Origin: a virus
Virus record (IMG/VR): IMGVR_UViG_3300005573_001621
DNA: 30,571 nt
Direction: 5' to 3' (one strand)
Part shown: positions 1 through 8,402 of the stretch, one piece after another
Layout: every line of letters starts with the position of its first letter
How positions within the stretch are numbered: the first letter of the stretch is position 1
Program-made: the position numbers and the translations under genes
Notes under the pieces: generated by a model
The model's input: only the letters and a program-made list of their open reading frames with translations
Told to the model about the DNA's origin: nothing
Databases searched by the model: none

Positions 1-1
1 T

Positions 2-469
2 TCTCACTTTTCGCCGGCTAAAATTATCAGCCGGTATCTTTCAAAAGAAGAAGGGCTGAGTAAGGCTTATGAGGCGCTTCCTCTTAACGAAAGACCAAAA
101 GAGCCGTCTTCAGTAAGAGCAGTGATTTCTTTAATACAAGAGCTAGCTGCGACTAGACTCCCTGACGAAGCTATGCGCCGTTATGAGAAAGAAACTGGAG
201 TGTTTAAGTCTAAAGGAGAGCCCATACTCAAACGCGAGATAATAGAGATTATGATAAATTCGATCTTAAAAAGCAGCAAAGTTCCTCAGTCATTTAAAAC
301 AGAAGTTGTGAAAGCTCTGCCCACTATTAACTTAGAAATAAAGAGGCTCTTACGCGGCGACGTCGCGCCTCTCCCTCCTTTTCCTATCACTAAAAACGAA
401 GAAGCCCGTTTAGCGAAAATTATGACAAACGTTCTCCAGTGGCCCGTACATCTTCAGCAAGTCCCATAG
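2..469 (+). CDS. Hypothetical protein, 5'-truncated by the window edge
   Basis: The frame of the 122..469 ORF is open back to base 2 (SHFSPAKIISRYLSKEEG...), so the gene probably starts upstream; no recognisable motif. Confidence 0.7.
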   Translation, partial: SHFSPAKIISRYLSKEEGLSKAYEALPLNERPKEPSSVRAVISLIQELAATRLPDEAMRRYEKETGVFKSKGEPILKREIIEIMINSILKSSKVPQSFKTEVVKALPTINLEIKRLLRGDVAPLPPFPITKNEEARLAKIMTNVLQWPVHLQQVP

Positions 470-514
470 AAAGAGAGCTCAGAGAGTCTTCTGCTCTCTG
501 TTTTATTATAAAGC

Positions 515-928
515 GTGAGTTGGAAGCGAATCTCAGCTATTGTTTTAGAGAAAGGAGAGAAAGAGCTCTCTGAGCTTGCTAGAGAATTCCCATTTATTTT
601 CAAAGTAAAAACTGGAGAGTTCCCTTATGTAGGGAAGTGGGATATTTATACTGAGGACGGAAAAGATACTTATGAGTTTGATCCCGTCCCAGCTTACTTC
701 TTCACTAATACTCCTGTAGAAAAAATTCAAAAGCTCTTAAAAGAAAATCAGAGCTCTAAAAAGAAACCCCAGACTCGAGTCCTGGGATATATTTGGATCT
801 TAGGGAGGGGCTTATATAAGTTCTGTATGAGAGTCAGCGTTTCTCCGGACTTTTTTTCTTATGCTAAACTGATCACTTATGACCAATTCATCTCTGAAGC
901 TGCGGCTAACTTTCTCTTTCAGATCTAA
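515..928 (+). CDS. Hypothetical protein, possibly leaderless
   Basis: 137-aa ORF; GTG start 5 nt after TATTAT (504-509) with no SD; converges on the next gene with a 4-nt stop overlap. Confidence 0.65.
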   Translation: MSWKRISAIVLEKGEKELSELAREFPFIFKVKTGEFPYVGKWDIYTEDGKDTYEFDPVPAYFFTNTPVEKIQKLLKENQSSKKKPQTRVLGYIWILGRGLYKFCMRVSVSPDFFSYAKLITYDQFISEAAANFLFQI

Positions 929-1410
929 GAGCGAAGCCCTAGAAGCATTTTGAACATCACTAAGTTTCTAACGAGTTCTTCGACTCTTGAAGGGGGAATA
1001 TCTAATCTCAAGAGGGATCCTTCATTGCTTTTCTGAACAAACTTGGGATTGAGCTTCGCCGCACGGAGCCCTCTAAAAAGTGGTTCTAAAACCGGAGTAC
1101 TTCCATTAACTAAGAAGTAGAACTCTCCGGGCTTCCCTGCTACTAATAAAACAACGAAATCATGATCAAAATCGCCTACAACAATAGAAGAAGGGGGATC
1201 AAGCTCCTTCTTAAGAGCAACGTTGAAGATTTCATAGCCGATCGCTGCTTCGCTAGAATATCTTCTAAAAGCCAAGTAGCATTTCTGAGCCATCTCAAAA
1301 AAGCTTTTCTCTTTTTGAAGAAGCTCATCTAAGTCGAGAGCGACATGCTCTAGGTTTCTCCAGCTTGTGAACATTTTTTTTAGAGCCTGTATAAAATTAG
1401 AATCCCACAT
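925..1410 (-). CDS. Hypothetical protein, tandem paralog of 1438..1932
   Basis: Likely start MWDSNF at ATG 1410 after AGGAG; shares MWDxNFIxAL, AQKCYLAF(R/K)(R/K)YS and VEExxRNL with the neighbour. Confidence 0.8.
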   Translation of the reverse strand: MWDSNFIQALKKMFTSWRNLEHVALDLDELLQKEKSFFEMAQKCYLAFRRYSSEAAIGYEIFNVALKKELDPPSSIVVGDFDHDFVVLLVAGKPGEFYFLVNGSTPVLEPLFRGLRAAKLNPKFVQKSNEGSLLRLDIPPSRVEELVRNLVMFKMLLGLRS

Positions 1411-1437
1411 TTCAACTCCTTTCAACTCCCAAAAACT

Positions 1438-1932
1438 TCAGTCTCCAAAGAGCACTCTAAATATCGCTAAGTTTCTAGCGACTTCTTCTACTTTAGATTC
1501 ATCGTAGAGATAAGATAAAAACCTGAGCTTCTCTATGGGTATTTCTGGGCCCTTCTTAAGCCCTAGCTTCTCAAAAGCCGGCATCATCTCTTTTAAGAGG
1601 CGATTGTTTTCTCCGCGAATCATAAAACAGAGCTTCTTTTCAAACCAAACGAGGAAAAGCTTAGTGTTCTTGCTATAACTAGCTTCTACAAAAGCGTAGA
1701 GGTCAAGCGCTGGTTTACGGCCTCTTAAAACGCTTAAAGCTATGCGAATCAAGCCGTCTCTTATACAGATTTCCCTCGAATATTTTTTGAAAGCGAGATA
1801 GCATTTCTGCGCTGCTCTAAAAAGCTCAGGCTGCACTTCAATGAGTTGATCGATTGATACCGAGCGTCCCGAGCGCTCAAACACGCTCTCTGCTGCTTTT
1901 GAAAGAGCAGCTATGAAGTTTCTGTCCCACAT
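1438..1932 (-). CDS. Hypothetical protein, tandem paralog of 925..1410
   Basis: 164-aa ORF sharing the same three motifs. Confidence 0.8.
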   Translation of the reverse strand: MWDRNFIAALSKAAESVFERSGRSVSIDQLIEVQPELFRAAQKCYLAFKKYSREICIRDGLIRIALSVLRGRKPALDLYAFVEASYSKNTKLFLVWFEKKLCFMIRGENNRLLKEMMPAFEKLGLKKGPEIPIEKLRFLSYLYDESKVEEVARNLAIFRVLFGD

Positions 1933-1933
1933 G

Positions 1934-2218
1934 CTATTGTTGACTCTTCTTAAACTTTTCTCTTGCTAGTCTTATAGCATCATACAGCCCGCACCCAGTT
2001 TCTCTTCGGATCTTGCGTACTTCTTCAGCAAACTTTGATTCTGCTTTTTCTTTTTCTAATTCACGACGAATTCTATCAAGGACCAGCTGCTTCATCGGGC
2101 CGCTGTACAATCTGTAGTCGGGTAATTGTTTTGCAAATATAACAAGAGCGTCTAGCAAGTCGCATCCAGTCGCTTGACGGATTCGCTTTATGTCTTCCAT
2201 GCTTGGCCTTGTTTCCAT
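1934..2218 (-). CDS. Small protein with two EF-Ts N-terminal (UBA-like) / L7/L12-CTD-like repeats
   Basis: Repeats IKRIRQATGCDLLDA and VRKIRRETGCGLYDA resemble EF-Ts VKELRERTGAGMMDC and L7/L12 IKVVREITGLGLKEA. Confidence 0.55.
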   Translation of the reverse strand: METRPSMEDIKRIRQATGCDLLDALVIFAKQLPDYRLYSGPMKQLVLDRIRRELEKEKAESKFAEEVRKIRRETGCGLYDAIRLAREKFKKSQQ

Positions 2219-2255
2219 ACTTTGATCGCCTTTTTATTTATTTGTCCTTTGTTTT

Positions 2256-2282
2256 ATTTTAATAAGCTAATAGATCTCTCTC
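2256..2282 (-). promoter_or_regulatory. Putative leftward promoter GAGAGA-N15-TAAAAT
   Basis: Minus strand reads gagaga gatctattagcttat taaaat upstream of the 2218 start; matches the window-wide motif. Confidence 0.5.
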
Positions 2283-2380
2283 TGCACACAACTCATTCTC
2301 TGTAAGATGCTCTCACTCTACACACACTCGACTCTCTCTCTCTCGACGCTGAGCGCTACTGGCGAGAAGCTCCAATTTTG

Positions 2381-2408
2381 ATCTTAATAAAATAAACTAG
2401 ACTCTCGC
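2381..2408 (-). promoter_or_regulatory. Second putative leftward promoter GCGAGA-N16-TAAGAT
   Basis: Minus strand reads gcgaga gtctagtttattttat taagat. Confidence 0.4.
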
Positions 2409-2749
2409 TCTCTCTCTATACAACGCTCTCTCTACACCAGCACTTTCTATACGCTTCTTTCGACTCTGCGCTTGCTTCTCTCAGCTCTACACGACTCTTT
2501 TGACGCTTTAGGCTACACTTTCTATACAATGCTCTCTCTATACAACGCTCTACAGAAACTCTCTCTCTCTCTCTCTAGCAGCTCTCTACAACGCTGCACA
2601 ACTCTCTACACCAGCACTTTCTATACAATGCTCTCTCTCTGGCTACAACGCTCTCTCTGCGCACAGCGCTTTCTGCACAATAACTCTCTCTCTCTCTCCC
2701 TCTCTGAAGCTCTCTACACCAGCACTTTCTGCACAAGAAGCTTACTATC
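2402..2749. repeat. G-poor mosaic repeat region with (CT)n tracts and a 21-bp direct repeat x3
   Basis: CTCTCTACACCAGCACTTTCT at 2428-2448, 2602-2622 and 2710-2730; CACTTTCTATACAATGCTCTCTCT twice; several TACAACGCT modules; (CT)n runs. Confidence 0.85.
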
Positions 2750-2802
2750 TTATTAAATAATATAATAAATAATTATAAATTTAAATTATTAAATATTTTA
2801 AA
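2750..2802. other. 53-nt A/T-only tract (unwinding element or strong promoter region)
   Basis: No G or C from 2750 to 2802; contains TATAAT (2761-2766) and the near-palindrome AATAATT-A-TAAATTTA-AATTATT. Confidence 0.75.
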
Positions 2803-2829
2803 CCATCAAAGAAAGGAGGTTTTTTAATT

Positions 2830-3855
2830 ATGAATGCAAAAGAACTCAGAGAGGTTATAAAGATTCATTTTGAGAAAAAAGTTCCGCTTCTAATATACGG
2901 ACCTCCAGGAATTGGGAAATCACAGATTACCAGAGAGACTGCTGAAGAATTAGGGGTAGAATTTATAGACCTGAGGTTATCACTTTTAGACCCGACTGAT
3001 TTGCGTGGTTTTCCTTATGTAGACAAAGAAAAGAATATAACTCGATGGGCAATCCCAGAGTTCTTCCCTCGAGATGAAAAGTCTCAGGGAATCTTATTAC
3101 TAGATGAAATAAACCTTGCACCACCAATGGTTCAAAATGCCTCGTATCAATTGATTCTAGACAGGTCTGTCGGGGAATATAAACTCCCTGACGGCTGGTC
3201 TATAGTTGCGGCAGGAAATATCTCTCCTAAAGAAGGATATATTACCCAAATTCGTTCTGCATTACTTTCAAGGTTCTCTGTGGTTGAACTCGAGCCTCCG
3301 ACGGCAAAGGACTGGGTTATGGAATATGCGATTCCCCGGGGAATTGATAGCCGTATTATCGGTTTCCTTAGTTCTCATCCCGATGCTCTGATGAGCCCCG
3401 CTCTCAGCAGCCATCAGACTTCTGCGGCTGCTGGAGTTTCTCAGATCGAAAACTTTCCCAACCCAAGAAACTGGGAGGTGGCGTCTAGGTTGATTATAGA
3501 CCAGAAAGATGATCTAGATACTGTAGTGAAGCTCGTCGAGCTTAGAGTAGGAGCCGCAGTAAGCACTCTCTTCCGCGCTTTTCTCCAGCTCGCTGAAAGA
3601 GTTGATCCTGAGAGCTGGAAGCGAGAGGGAGTAGAAGGAAAAATTCCTTCTACTCTAGAAGAGAAATTCTATTTGTTAACCGTTTTAGTTACAGAGTTAG
3701 ACCCTGCGGCTCGATTCATCCGAGCGATCTCGGGATCAGAACCCGAAGTCGGCATAATTGGGTTGCAGATGCTCAAATCTAAGTTTGGCTTCGACAAGAT
3801 CGTCGGCCACGCAGAATGGCCGAAGATCGCTAAGCTGATAACAGAATATATCTAA
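2830..3855 (+). CDS. MoxR/dynein-related AAA+ ATPase (AAA_5-like)
   Basis: Walker A GPPGIGKS, helix-2 insert DPTDLRGFP, Walker B ILLLDE, sensor I VAAGN, Arg finger ALLSRF, sensor II PNPRNW; SD AAGAAAGGAGG. Confidence 0.93.
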   Translation: MNAKELREVIKIHFEKKVPLLIYGPPGIGKSQITRETAEELGVEFIDLRLSLLDPTDLRGFPYVDKEKNITRWAIPEFFPRDEKSQGILLLDEINLAPPMVQNASYQLILDRSVGEYKLPDGWSIVAAGNISPKEGYITQIRSALLSRFSVVELEPPTAKDWVMEYAIPRGIDSRIIGFLSSHPDALMSPALSSHQTSAAAGVSQIENFPNPRNWEVASRLIIDQKDDLDTVVKLVELRVGAAVSTLFRAFLQLAERVDPESWKREGVEGKIPSTLEEKFYLLTVLVTELDPAARFIRAISGSEPEVGIIGLQMLKSKFGFDKIVGHAEWPKIAKLITEYI

Positions 3856-3867
3856 GAGGAGGTATGT

Positions 3868-5202
3868 ATGGATCTAGACCTTGAAAAAGAGGTCAAAAAA
3901 GCCAAGATTAGAGTGCTTACCGAGCACCCAGTCTTCGGCTATTTCATCGCTAGATTCCCTATAGAATTTTGCCCAGAAAATGACGAGGTTGCCCATGTGG
4001 AGTTCGATGCTCGTTCGAAAAAGATTCGATTCATCTTAGGGAACAAACTACAATCGAAAGAGTACAGAGAATTCATAGCAGCGATACTGATGCATGAGGC
4101 TCTTCACTTAGCGGAAGAGCACCTCTTCAGAGCAAGCAACGATTCCATTGACGGAATCGTCGCTGATTGGGTCGTGAACTTTCAGCTGGAAGAAGAAATG
4201 AACGTCGCGCTCCCGGAGAGCGCTCTTAGAATTCGGCAGATCGAAGACAAAAAGCTTAGAGAGGAGATTCTCGCCGATGGTAATGCTGGGATCTTCTTTG
4301 AACGAATTAAAAAGATCCTCGAGCGTTATCTTAAGCGTCATCCTGAGCTAAAAATCGTGAACGGGGAGCCTCTCGATGGCGGCGTTGTTATAGTAGATGG
4401 CGGCAGTGACAGTGACGGCGATAACGGCAGCAGCGATGAAAAGAACAAAAGCCAGGGCGAAAGTAAAGAAGGCGAAGAGAAACCGAGAGGTAGAAAGCCG
4501 AAAGAACTCTCGGACATAGAGCTTGAAAAAATCAAAGCAGAAGTCAGAGCGCAGATAAAAAGTGCCCTAGCTTCGGCATGGGAAGTTGCTAGGGCAACTG
4601 GAAGAGGTGATCTTCCAGAAGGCATCGAAAGAATGCTAGGCAGACTCTTCGAGCCGAAAGTGACTCTGCCTGAGATCATCGCGTTCATTGATAGGTCGCT
4701 TTCTGCGAATGATTTTACTTTCGCGCCTCCGAGCAGACGGTCTCCGGAGGAGTTTTTCCTTCCGGGAACAACTAGTGAAACTCGAGTGCTCATTATTGGA
4801 ATCGACACTTCTGGGTCGATTGATGATAAGCTGCTTGACAGATTCGTATCAGAACTCGCCGGGATGCAGAAGCCCGGGACAGAGCTAATTGTAGCAGCAG
4901 CGGATGCTGCTGCTTACGAATTCGTCGAAATAGGACCGTATGATGTCGTCGGCACAGTGATCACTTCGCTCAAGGGTGGGGGAGGGACGGATTTTCGTCC
5001 CTTCTTTAAGAAAGTTAAAGAAGAGATTCTCCCTGCCAAACAACACGTCTCTGCAGTAGTCTTCTTAACGGATGGGGACGCGACGGTCGATGAGAAAGAT
5101 CCTCTAGAAGGCATGGTCCCAATCTTCTGGGTTGTCCCTCGGGGAGGAAAAGAACTCCCTTGGGGGACGACTATATTCTTTGATCCACAGGAGGTAAAAT
5201 GA
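3868..5202 (+). CDS. Metallopeptidase-like (HExxH) + VWA domain protein (DUF2201-type MoxR partner)
   Basis: N-terminal ILMHEALHL, acidic/Gly-Ser linker, VWA MIDAS motifs IDTSGSI, GGGGTDF and FLTDG; directly follows the AAA+ gene. Confidence 0.92.
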   Translation: MDLDLEKEVKKAKIRVLTEHPVFGYFIARFPIEFCPENDEVAHVEFDARSKKIRFILGNKLQSKEYREFIAAILMHEALHLAEEHLFRASNDSIDGIVADWVVNFQLEEEMNVALPESALRIRQIEDKKLREEILADGNAGIFFERIKKILERYLKRHPELKIVNGEPLDGGVVIVDGGSDSDGDNGSSDEKNKSQGESKEGEEKPRGRKPKELSDIELEKIKAEVRAQIKSALASAWEVARATGRGDLPEGIERMLGRLFEPKVTLPEIIAFIDRSLSANDFTFAPPSRRSPEEFFLPGTTSETRVLIIGIDTSGSIDDKLLDRFVSELAGMQKPGTELIVAAADAAAYEFVEIGPYDVVGTVITSLKGGGGTDFRPFFKKVKEEILPAKQHVSAVVFLTDGDATVDEKDPLEGMVPIFWVVPRGGKELPWGTTIFFDPQEVK

Positions 5203-5771
5203 TTTCAAGCTCTGTCAAGTCGAGCTTGATCAAAACGATAAGAAAACTTGATGACATCTGTGATATTGAGACTTCAGAAGCCTCTTTAGATGAATTCTTC
5301 AAAGAAGAAAAAAGAAATTTCTCTCAAATAGAATTCGCGAGAAAGAACATAGCAGAGTTCTTGAGTGGGCACCAGCTAGCTCGGTGTCCACTGAAGAGAG
5401 ATGAGATCCAAAAGCACCCAAACTTTCGCTTATGGATCCCGGGTGGTACGTCTCTGTGGTGTTTTGAGTCGACGACTCCTTTAATAAGTAAGTTCATCCA
5501 CGTCTCTCGTGAATGCTCCATTTACTTCATCCTGACAGTCTATGAGTCGCCGAAAAGATTCGTTGACATCAAAGTTAAGACTAACTTTTTAGATGATATC
5601 GACAAGAAGAAAGCGTTGCTCGAAGCACTCTTGCAGCCGTTCAAGTCTAAATTTCCCTCTTTTAGACATCTAATTAGAGTAAAAGGGCAATACATCTCAG
5701 CTAAGACTTTCTTCGATGCTGACTCTCTTAAAGAAAGCATCGAAGTAGCAAAAGTCTTGGCGATTATATAA
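5199..5771 (+). CDS. Hypothetical protein; C-domain/tail family member
   Basis: ATGA overlap with the VWA gene, SD GGAGG; ends FDADSLKESIEVAKVLAII. Confidence 0.75.
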   Translation: MISSSVKSSLIKTIRKLDDICDIETSEASLDEFFKEEKRNFSQIEFARKNIAEFLSGHQLARCPLKRDEIQKHPNFRLWIPGGTSLWCFESTTPLISKFIHVSRECSIYFILTVYESPKRFVDIKVKTNFLDDIDKKKALLEALLQPFKSKFPSFRHLIRVKGQYISAKTFFDADSLKESIEVAKVLAII

Positions 5772-5777
5772 TAAGAT

Positions 5778-5810
5778 GGGCGGCTTAGAGACTCGTTTCT
5801 CAAGCCGCCC
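5778..5810 (+). other. GC-rich intergenic stem-loop (processing/stabilising hairpin or terminator)
   Basis: GGGCGGCTT / AAGCCGCCC stem plus GAGA/TCTC; no U-tract; immediately before an SD. Confidence 0.6.
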
Positions 5811-5830
5811 TATAAAAGAAAGGAGAAACT

Positions 5831-6007
5831 ATGAGTTATTTTTGTCCAAGCCCTTCGTGGATTAACGAAGGGATAAAATCTAAGTTCATAGCTTCTCAGG
5901 AAGAGGGAGAAGCTCTCTGGAGAAGAATGCTCTTCGAACTCAAGATTCAAAGAAAAATCTTGCGCAAAAGAAGAAAAGTCAGAGAGTCTCGAGAGTCTAA
6001 GATATAA
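5831..6007 (+). CDS. Small basic hypothetical protein (58 aa, not in ORF track)
   Basis: SD AAGAAAGGAG, then MSYFCPSPSWINEG...RKILRKRRKVRESRESKI. Confidence 0.65.
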   Translation: MSYFCPSPSWINEGIKSKFIASQEEGEALWRRMLFELKIQRKILRKRRKVRESRESKI

Positions 6008-6027
6008 TTTACTCAACGGAGAGAGTT

Positions 6028-6975
6028 ATGGACTCAAGATTAAGCACTATAATTGAAAGAGTCAAAGAGATCCCAGACGTAACTATTGGAGATCTCAGGG
6101 GAGAAACATACTTCTTAAAAGGGAGTACGTTGATTTTAACAGAAACCGAGCAAAATCAGATCTATTTCAAGACTGTAGAAGGCGTACTTACTATTCTTAC
6201 TGATCCTCAGCAGCTTAAGAAGCCGATGAGTAAGATCTTATCTGCACTCTTGGAAGCAAAGCCCGCTCCGATCGGCTTTGAGATCAAGCCAAGTAATCTA
6301 TCTTCTTTCCCGGTCAGAGAAGTCTTAAGAACTTTCAAACGAGCAGCTGAAACTCATTCTACTCCCGCTCCGTTTCTGGAGAAAATCCGAGTCGTGGATT
6401 TTTTCATAGTCCCTGTTTTCCAGCCCTCAAAAGACATCATCTCTATAGCTTATGAGCGACTGGTGAATTCTCTGGTCTCTTCTGCTCTCTGGAAGATCCA
6501 TAATATCCGAGAGCGAGCGCTCAGTTGGAGTCAGACGCTCATTGCTAACGTAAATTATTCCTATCTAGAAGCTCGAGCTAGAGCAATAAATAGCTTTTTA
6601 GAACTCGCAGCAAAGTTTGAATCTTCTCGACTTGTGACCCTCAGAGTGTTCGATATTCCTCCAGCAGTTTTACGTTGGAGGCCTACTCCTGTTGGAATCC
6701 GGATTAACAGCGGTAAAGACTACTACATTTTCTTTGATCTCAACTTCAAAGAGCAGCCCAAGATCAATGTCGAAATCGAAACAATCCGTTCAGACCTCAA
6801 CGAGAGTGCGCGAGAGGTTTTCACTGCAGTAATCACCCCGTTTAAGAGGTCTCAGCCTCAAAGCGCTCTCTTAATCGAAGAAGAGCGGAGCAGGATAAGC
6901 GTAGAAGGCTTGCCATTTGACGTCGCTCTTTTAGAAGAAGAAGTACGGAACGCGCTCGTAGCTTCCGTACTTTAG
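6028..6975 (+). CDS. Hypothetical protein, full-length member of paralog family B
   Basis: N-terminal IIERVKEIPDVTIG..YFLKGSTLIL shared with 10089, 11202 and 13310; ARARAINSFL shared with 7127 and 11202. Confidence 0.85.
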   Translation: MDSRLSTIIERVKEIPDVTIGDLRGETYFLKGSTLILTETEQNQIYFKTVEGVLTILTDPQQLKKPMSKILSALLEAKPAPIGFEIKPSNLSSFPVREVLRTFKRAAETHSTPAPFLEKIRVVDFFIVPVFQPSKDIISIAYERLVNSLVSSALWKIHNIRERALSWSQTLIANVNYSYLEARARAINSFLELAAKFESSRLVTLRVFDIPPAVLRWRPTPVGIRINSGKDYYIFFDLNFKEQPKINVEIETIRSDLNESAREVFTAVITPFKRSQPQSALLIEEERSRISVEGLPFDVALLEEEVRNALVASVL

Positions 6976-6992
6976 TTTACTTGGAGGCGAAT

Positions 6993-7130
6993 ATGAGAAG
7001 AAAAGCTAAAGAAGCTCACAACTGCCGAAGACAAGTTAAGAATTTCTCCGAGCACAACATCTACGTTCCCTTTGAACCAAAGCCATTAGAGCAGGCTATA
7101 AGAGACGTTTTAATAGCTATTCGGCTATGA
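6993..7130 (+). CDS. 45-aa microprotein consisting mainly of the family C-terminal helix (not in ORF track)
   Basis: SD GGAGG; MRRKAKEAHNCRRQVKNFSEHNIYVPFEPKPLEQAIRDVLIAIRL; ATGA overlap with 7127. Confidence 0.65.
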   Translation: MRRKAKEAHNCRRQVKNFSEHNIYVPFEPKPLEQAIRDVLIAIRL

Positions 7131-7681
7131 AGATAATCAAAGCAGCTCCGGATATAATTTTTCAAGCGTATAAAAGCTTACTTGCGTTAGAGCCGAAAAG
7201 AAGCAGTTCTAGAAGAGTACAGCAGCGACAGCTGAATCTACTACTGATTGAAGCTTCTAAAGATCACAAGCAGCTTAAAGCTCGAGCTGAAGCTATTCTC
7301 TCTTTTCTGAATGTTACAAAGAAATTTCCCTCTATTCTTCTCCACGTACATACGAATGCTTTAAAGAGCTTAACTATGCTACCCTTTCCGATCTCTGCTA
7401 CGGTACAGACGCTCTACGCAAAACCGGATTATCTAGTATTCTTTTTAGAACTCAAGCCTGGTCGTCCTCCCAGTCTTGAACTCAGAATAGAGGGCTCTAG
7501 TAGAGAACGAATTGAAACGCTCTACTTAGCAGCCGTTTCTCCCTTCAGAAAGACACAGAAATCTCCTCCAAAAGTGTGGTACTCGGAGGTAGATTGTATC
7601 GTGGAGGGCTTGATTTTTAATGCTTCTGCGCTGGAAGAGGCAATACAGAACACTCTTACAGCGCAGGCATTTTTGCTTTAA
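7127..7681 (+). CDS. Hypothetical protein, C-domain-only paralog of 6028..6975
   Basis: ARAEAILSFL, DYLVFFLEL, PFRKTQ and VEGLIFNASALEEAIQN align with the C-terminal half of 6028. Confidence 0.8.
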   Translation: MKIIKAAPDIIFQAYKSLLALEPKRSSSRRVQQRQLNLLLIEASKDHKQLKARAEAILSFLNVTKKFPSILLHVHTNALKSLTMLPFPISATVQTLYAKPDYLVFFLELKPGRPPSLELRIEGSSRERIETLYLAAVSPFRKTQKSPPKVWYSEVDCIVEGLIFNASALEEAIQNTLTAQAFLL

Positions 7682-7712
7682 TTAGCTGGTCTAGAAACGA
7701 AAGGAGGTATGT

Positions 7713-8105
7713 ATGGATCTAGACCTCGAAAAAGCAAAGCTGATCTTAGCAGAGTATCAGTCTCTGCAGAATGAGATAGATACTCTAAAAGCTCAGCTTG
7801 AACAAAAGAAACAGGCTTTAGAGCAGCTTCTTCGAGAGGGCTCTAAAGTCATCCCTAAAGGCATAGCGATCAGAGTCAACGACAGTTTTCTTGAGACTGT
7901 TGAAGATATTGAAGTTACAATAACCGATAAAGAAGCACTTAAGAAATTCGCTACAGAAAAAGGCTTGAAGTGGATCGTAGAGATGGTTGCTGCTAATGCT
8001 GTGAAGAAGACCCTGAAAGAGAATGCGACCCTCAGAGAAGAAGTCAAAGGCTTCTTGCAGCTTGAAGTCTTTGACATAGTTAAAATACGAAAACACTTGA
8101 AATAA
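7713..8105 (+). CDS. Coiled-coil phage protein, possibly Gam/Gp157-like
   Basis: N-terminal heptads (EYQSLQNEIDTLKAQLEQKK) then ITDKEALKKF; SD AGGAGG; family assignment tentative. Confidence 0.5.
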   Translation: MDLDLEKAKLILAEYQSLQNEIDTLKAQLEQKKQALEQLLREGSKVIPKGIAIRVNDSFLETVEDIEVTITDKEALKKFATEKGLKWIVEMVAANAVKKTLKENATLREEVKGFLQLEVFDIVKIRKHLK

Positions 8106-8117
8106 GAAAGGAAGTAA

Positions 8118-8156
8118 GAGACGCTCGCTTACTCTCTCACTGTAGGCGAGCGTCTC
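8118..8156 (+). other. 15-bp intergenic stem-loop directly upstream of an RBS
   Basis: GAGACGCTCGCTTAC / GTAGGCGAGCGTCTC (one G-U pair), 9-nt loop; followed by AAAGAAAGGAGG with no U-tract. Confidence 0.65.
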
Positions 8157-8172
8157 AAAGAAAGGAGGTAGT

Positions 8173-8379
8173 ATGGTCCGATATAAAGGCTTTATTCTTT
8201 CTTCTACTGCTACAGGAAAGATAGAACTCCGAACAAACGTCTGGTCTAGCAAGATGTTCGCTACTTTTGAAAACATAGAACAAGCAAAAGCATGGATAGA
8301 CTCTCTCAGCTCTCAACAATTGGATTTTTTCTTGGGGCCAGAGTATTCAAGATTTTTACGAGAGCCTAGAGAGAGCTGA
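8173..8379 (+). CDS. Small hypothetical phage protein
   Basis: Strong SD; YKGF..FENIEQAKAWID pattern typical of small phage proteins. Confidence 0.75.
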   Translation: MVRYKGFILSSTATGKIELRTNVWSSKMFATFENIEQAKAWIDSLSSQQLDFFLGPEYSRFLREPRES

Positions 8380-8402
8380 CTTTTTCTAAAGGAGGCTAGC
8401 AG

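Noticed and set aside
2472-2756. 94-aa ORF in the repeat region
   Set aside because: TTG start without SD; low-complexity L/S/T product of the (CT)n repeats
4108-5114. Antisense and alternate-frame ORFs inside the VWA gene (and similar ones at 545, 3206, 5324, 5540, 5810, 7793, 7818, 8598, 10064, 10265, 11023, 11108, 13439, 14133, 14498, 15961, 17932, 20112, 20526, 21183, 22747, 23844, 24383, 25627, 26322, 27638, 29743)
   Set aside because: They are shadows of better-supported genes, mostly Ser/Leu/Phe-rich, with no RBS or motifs
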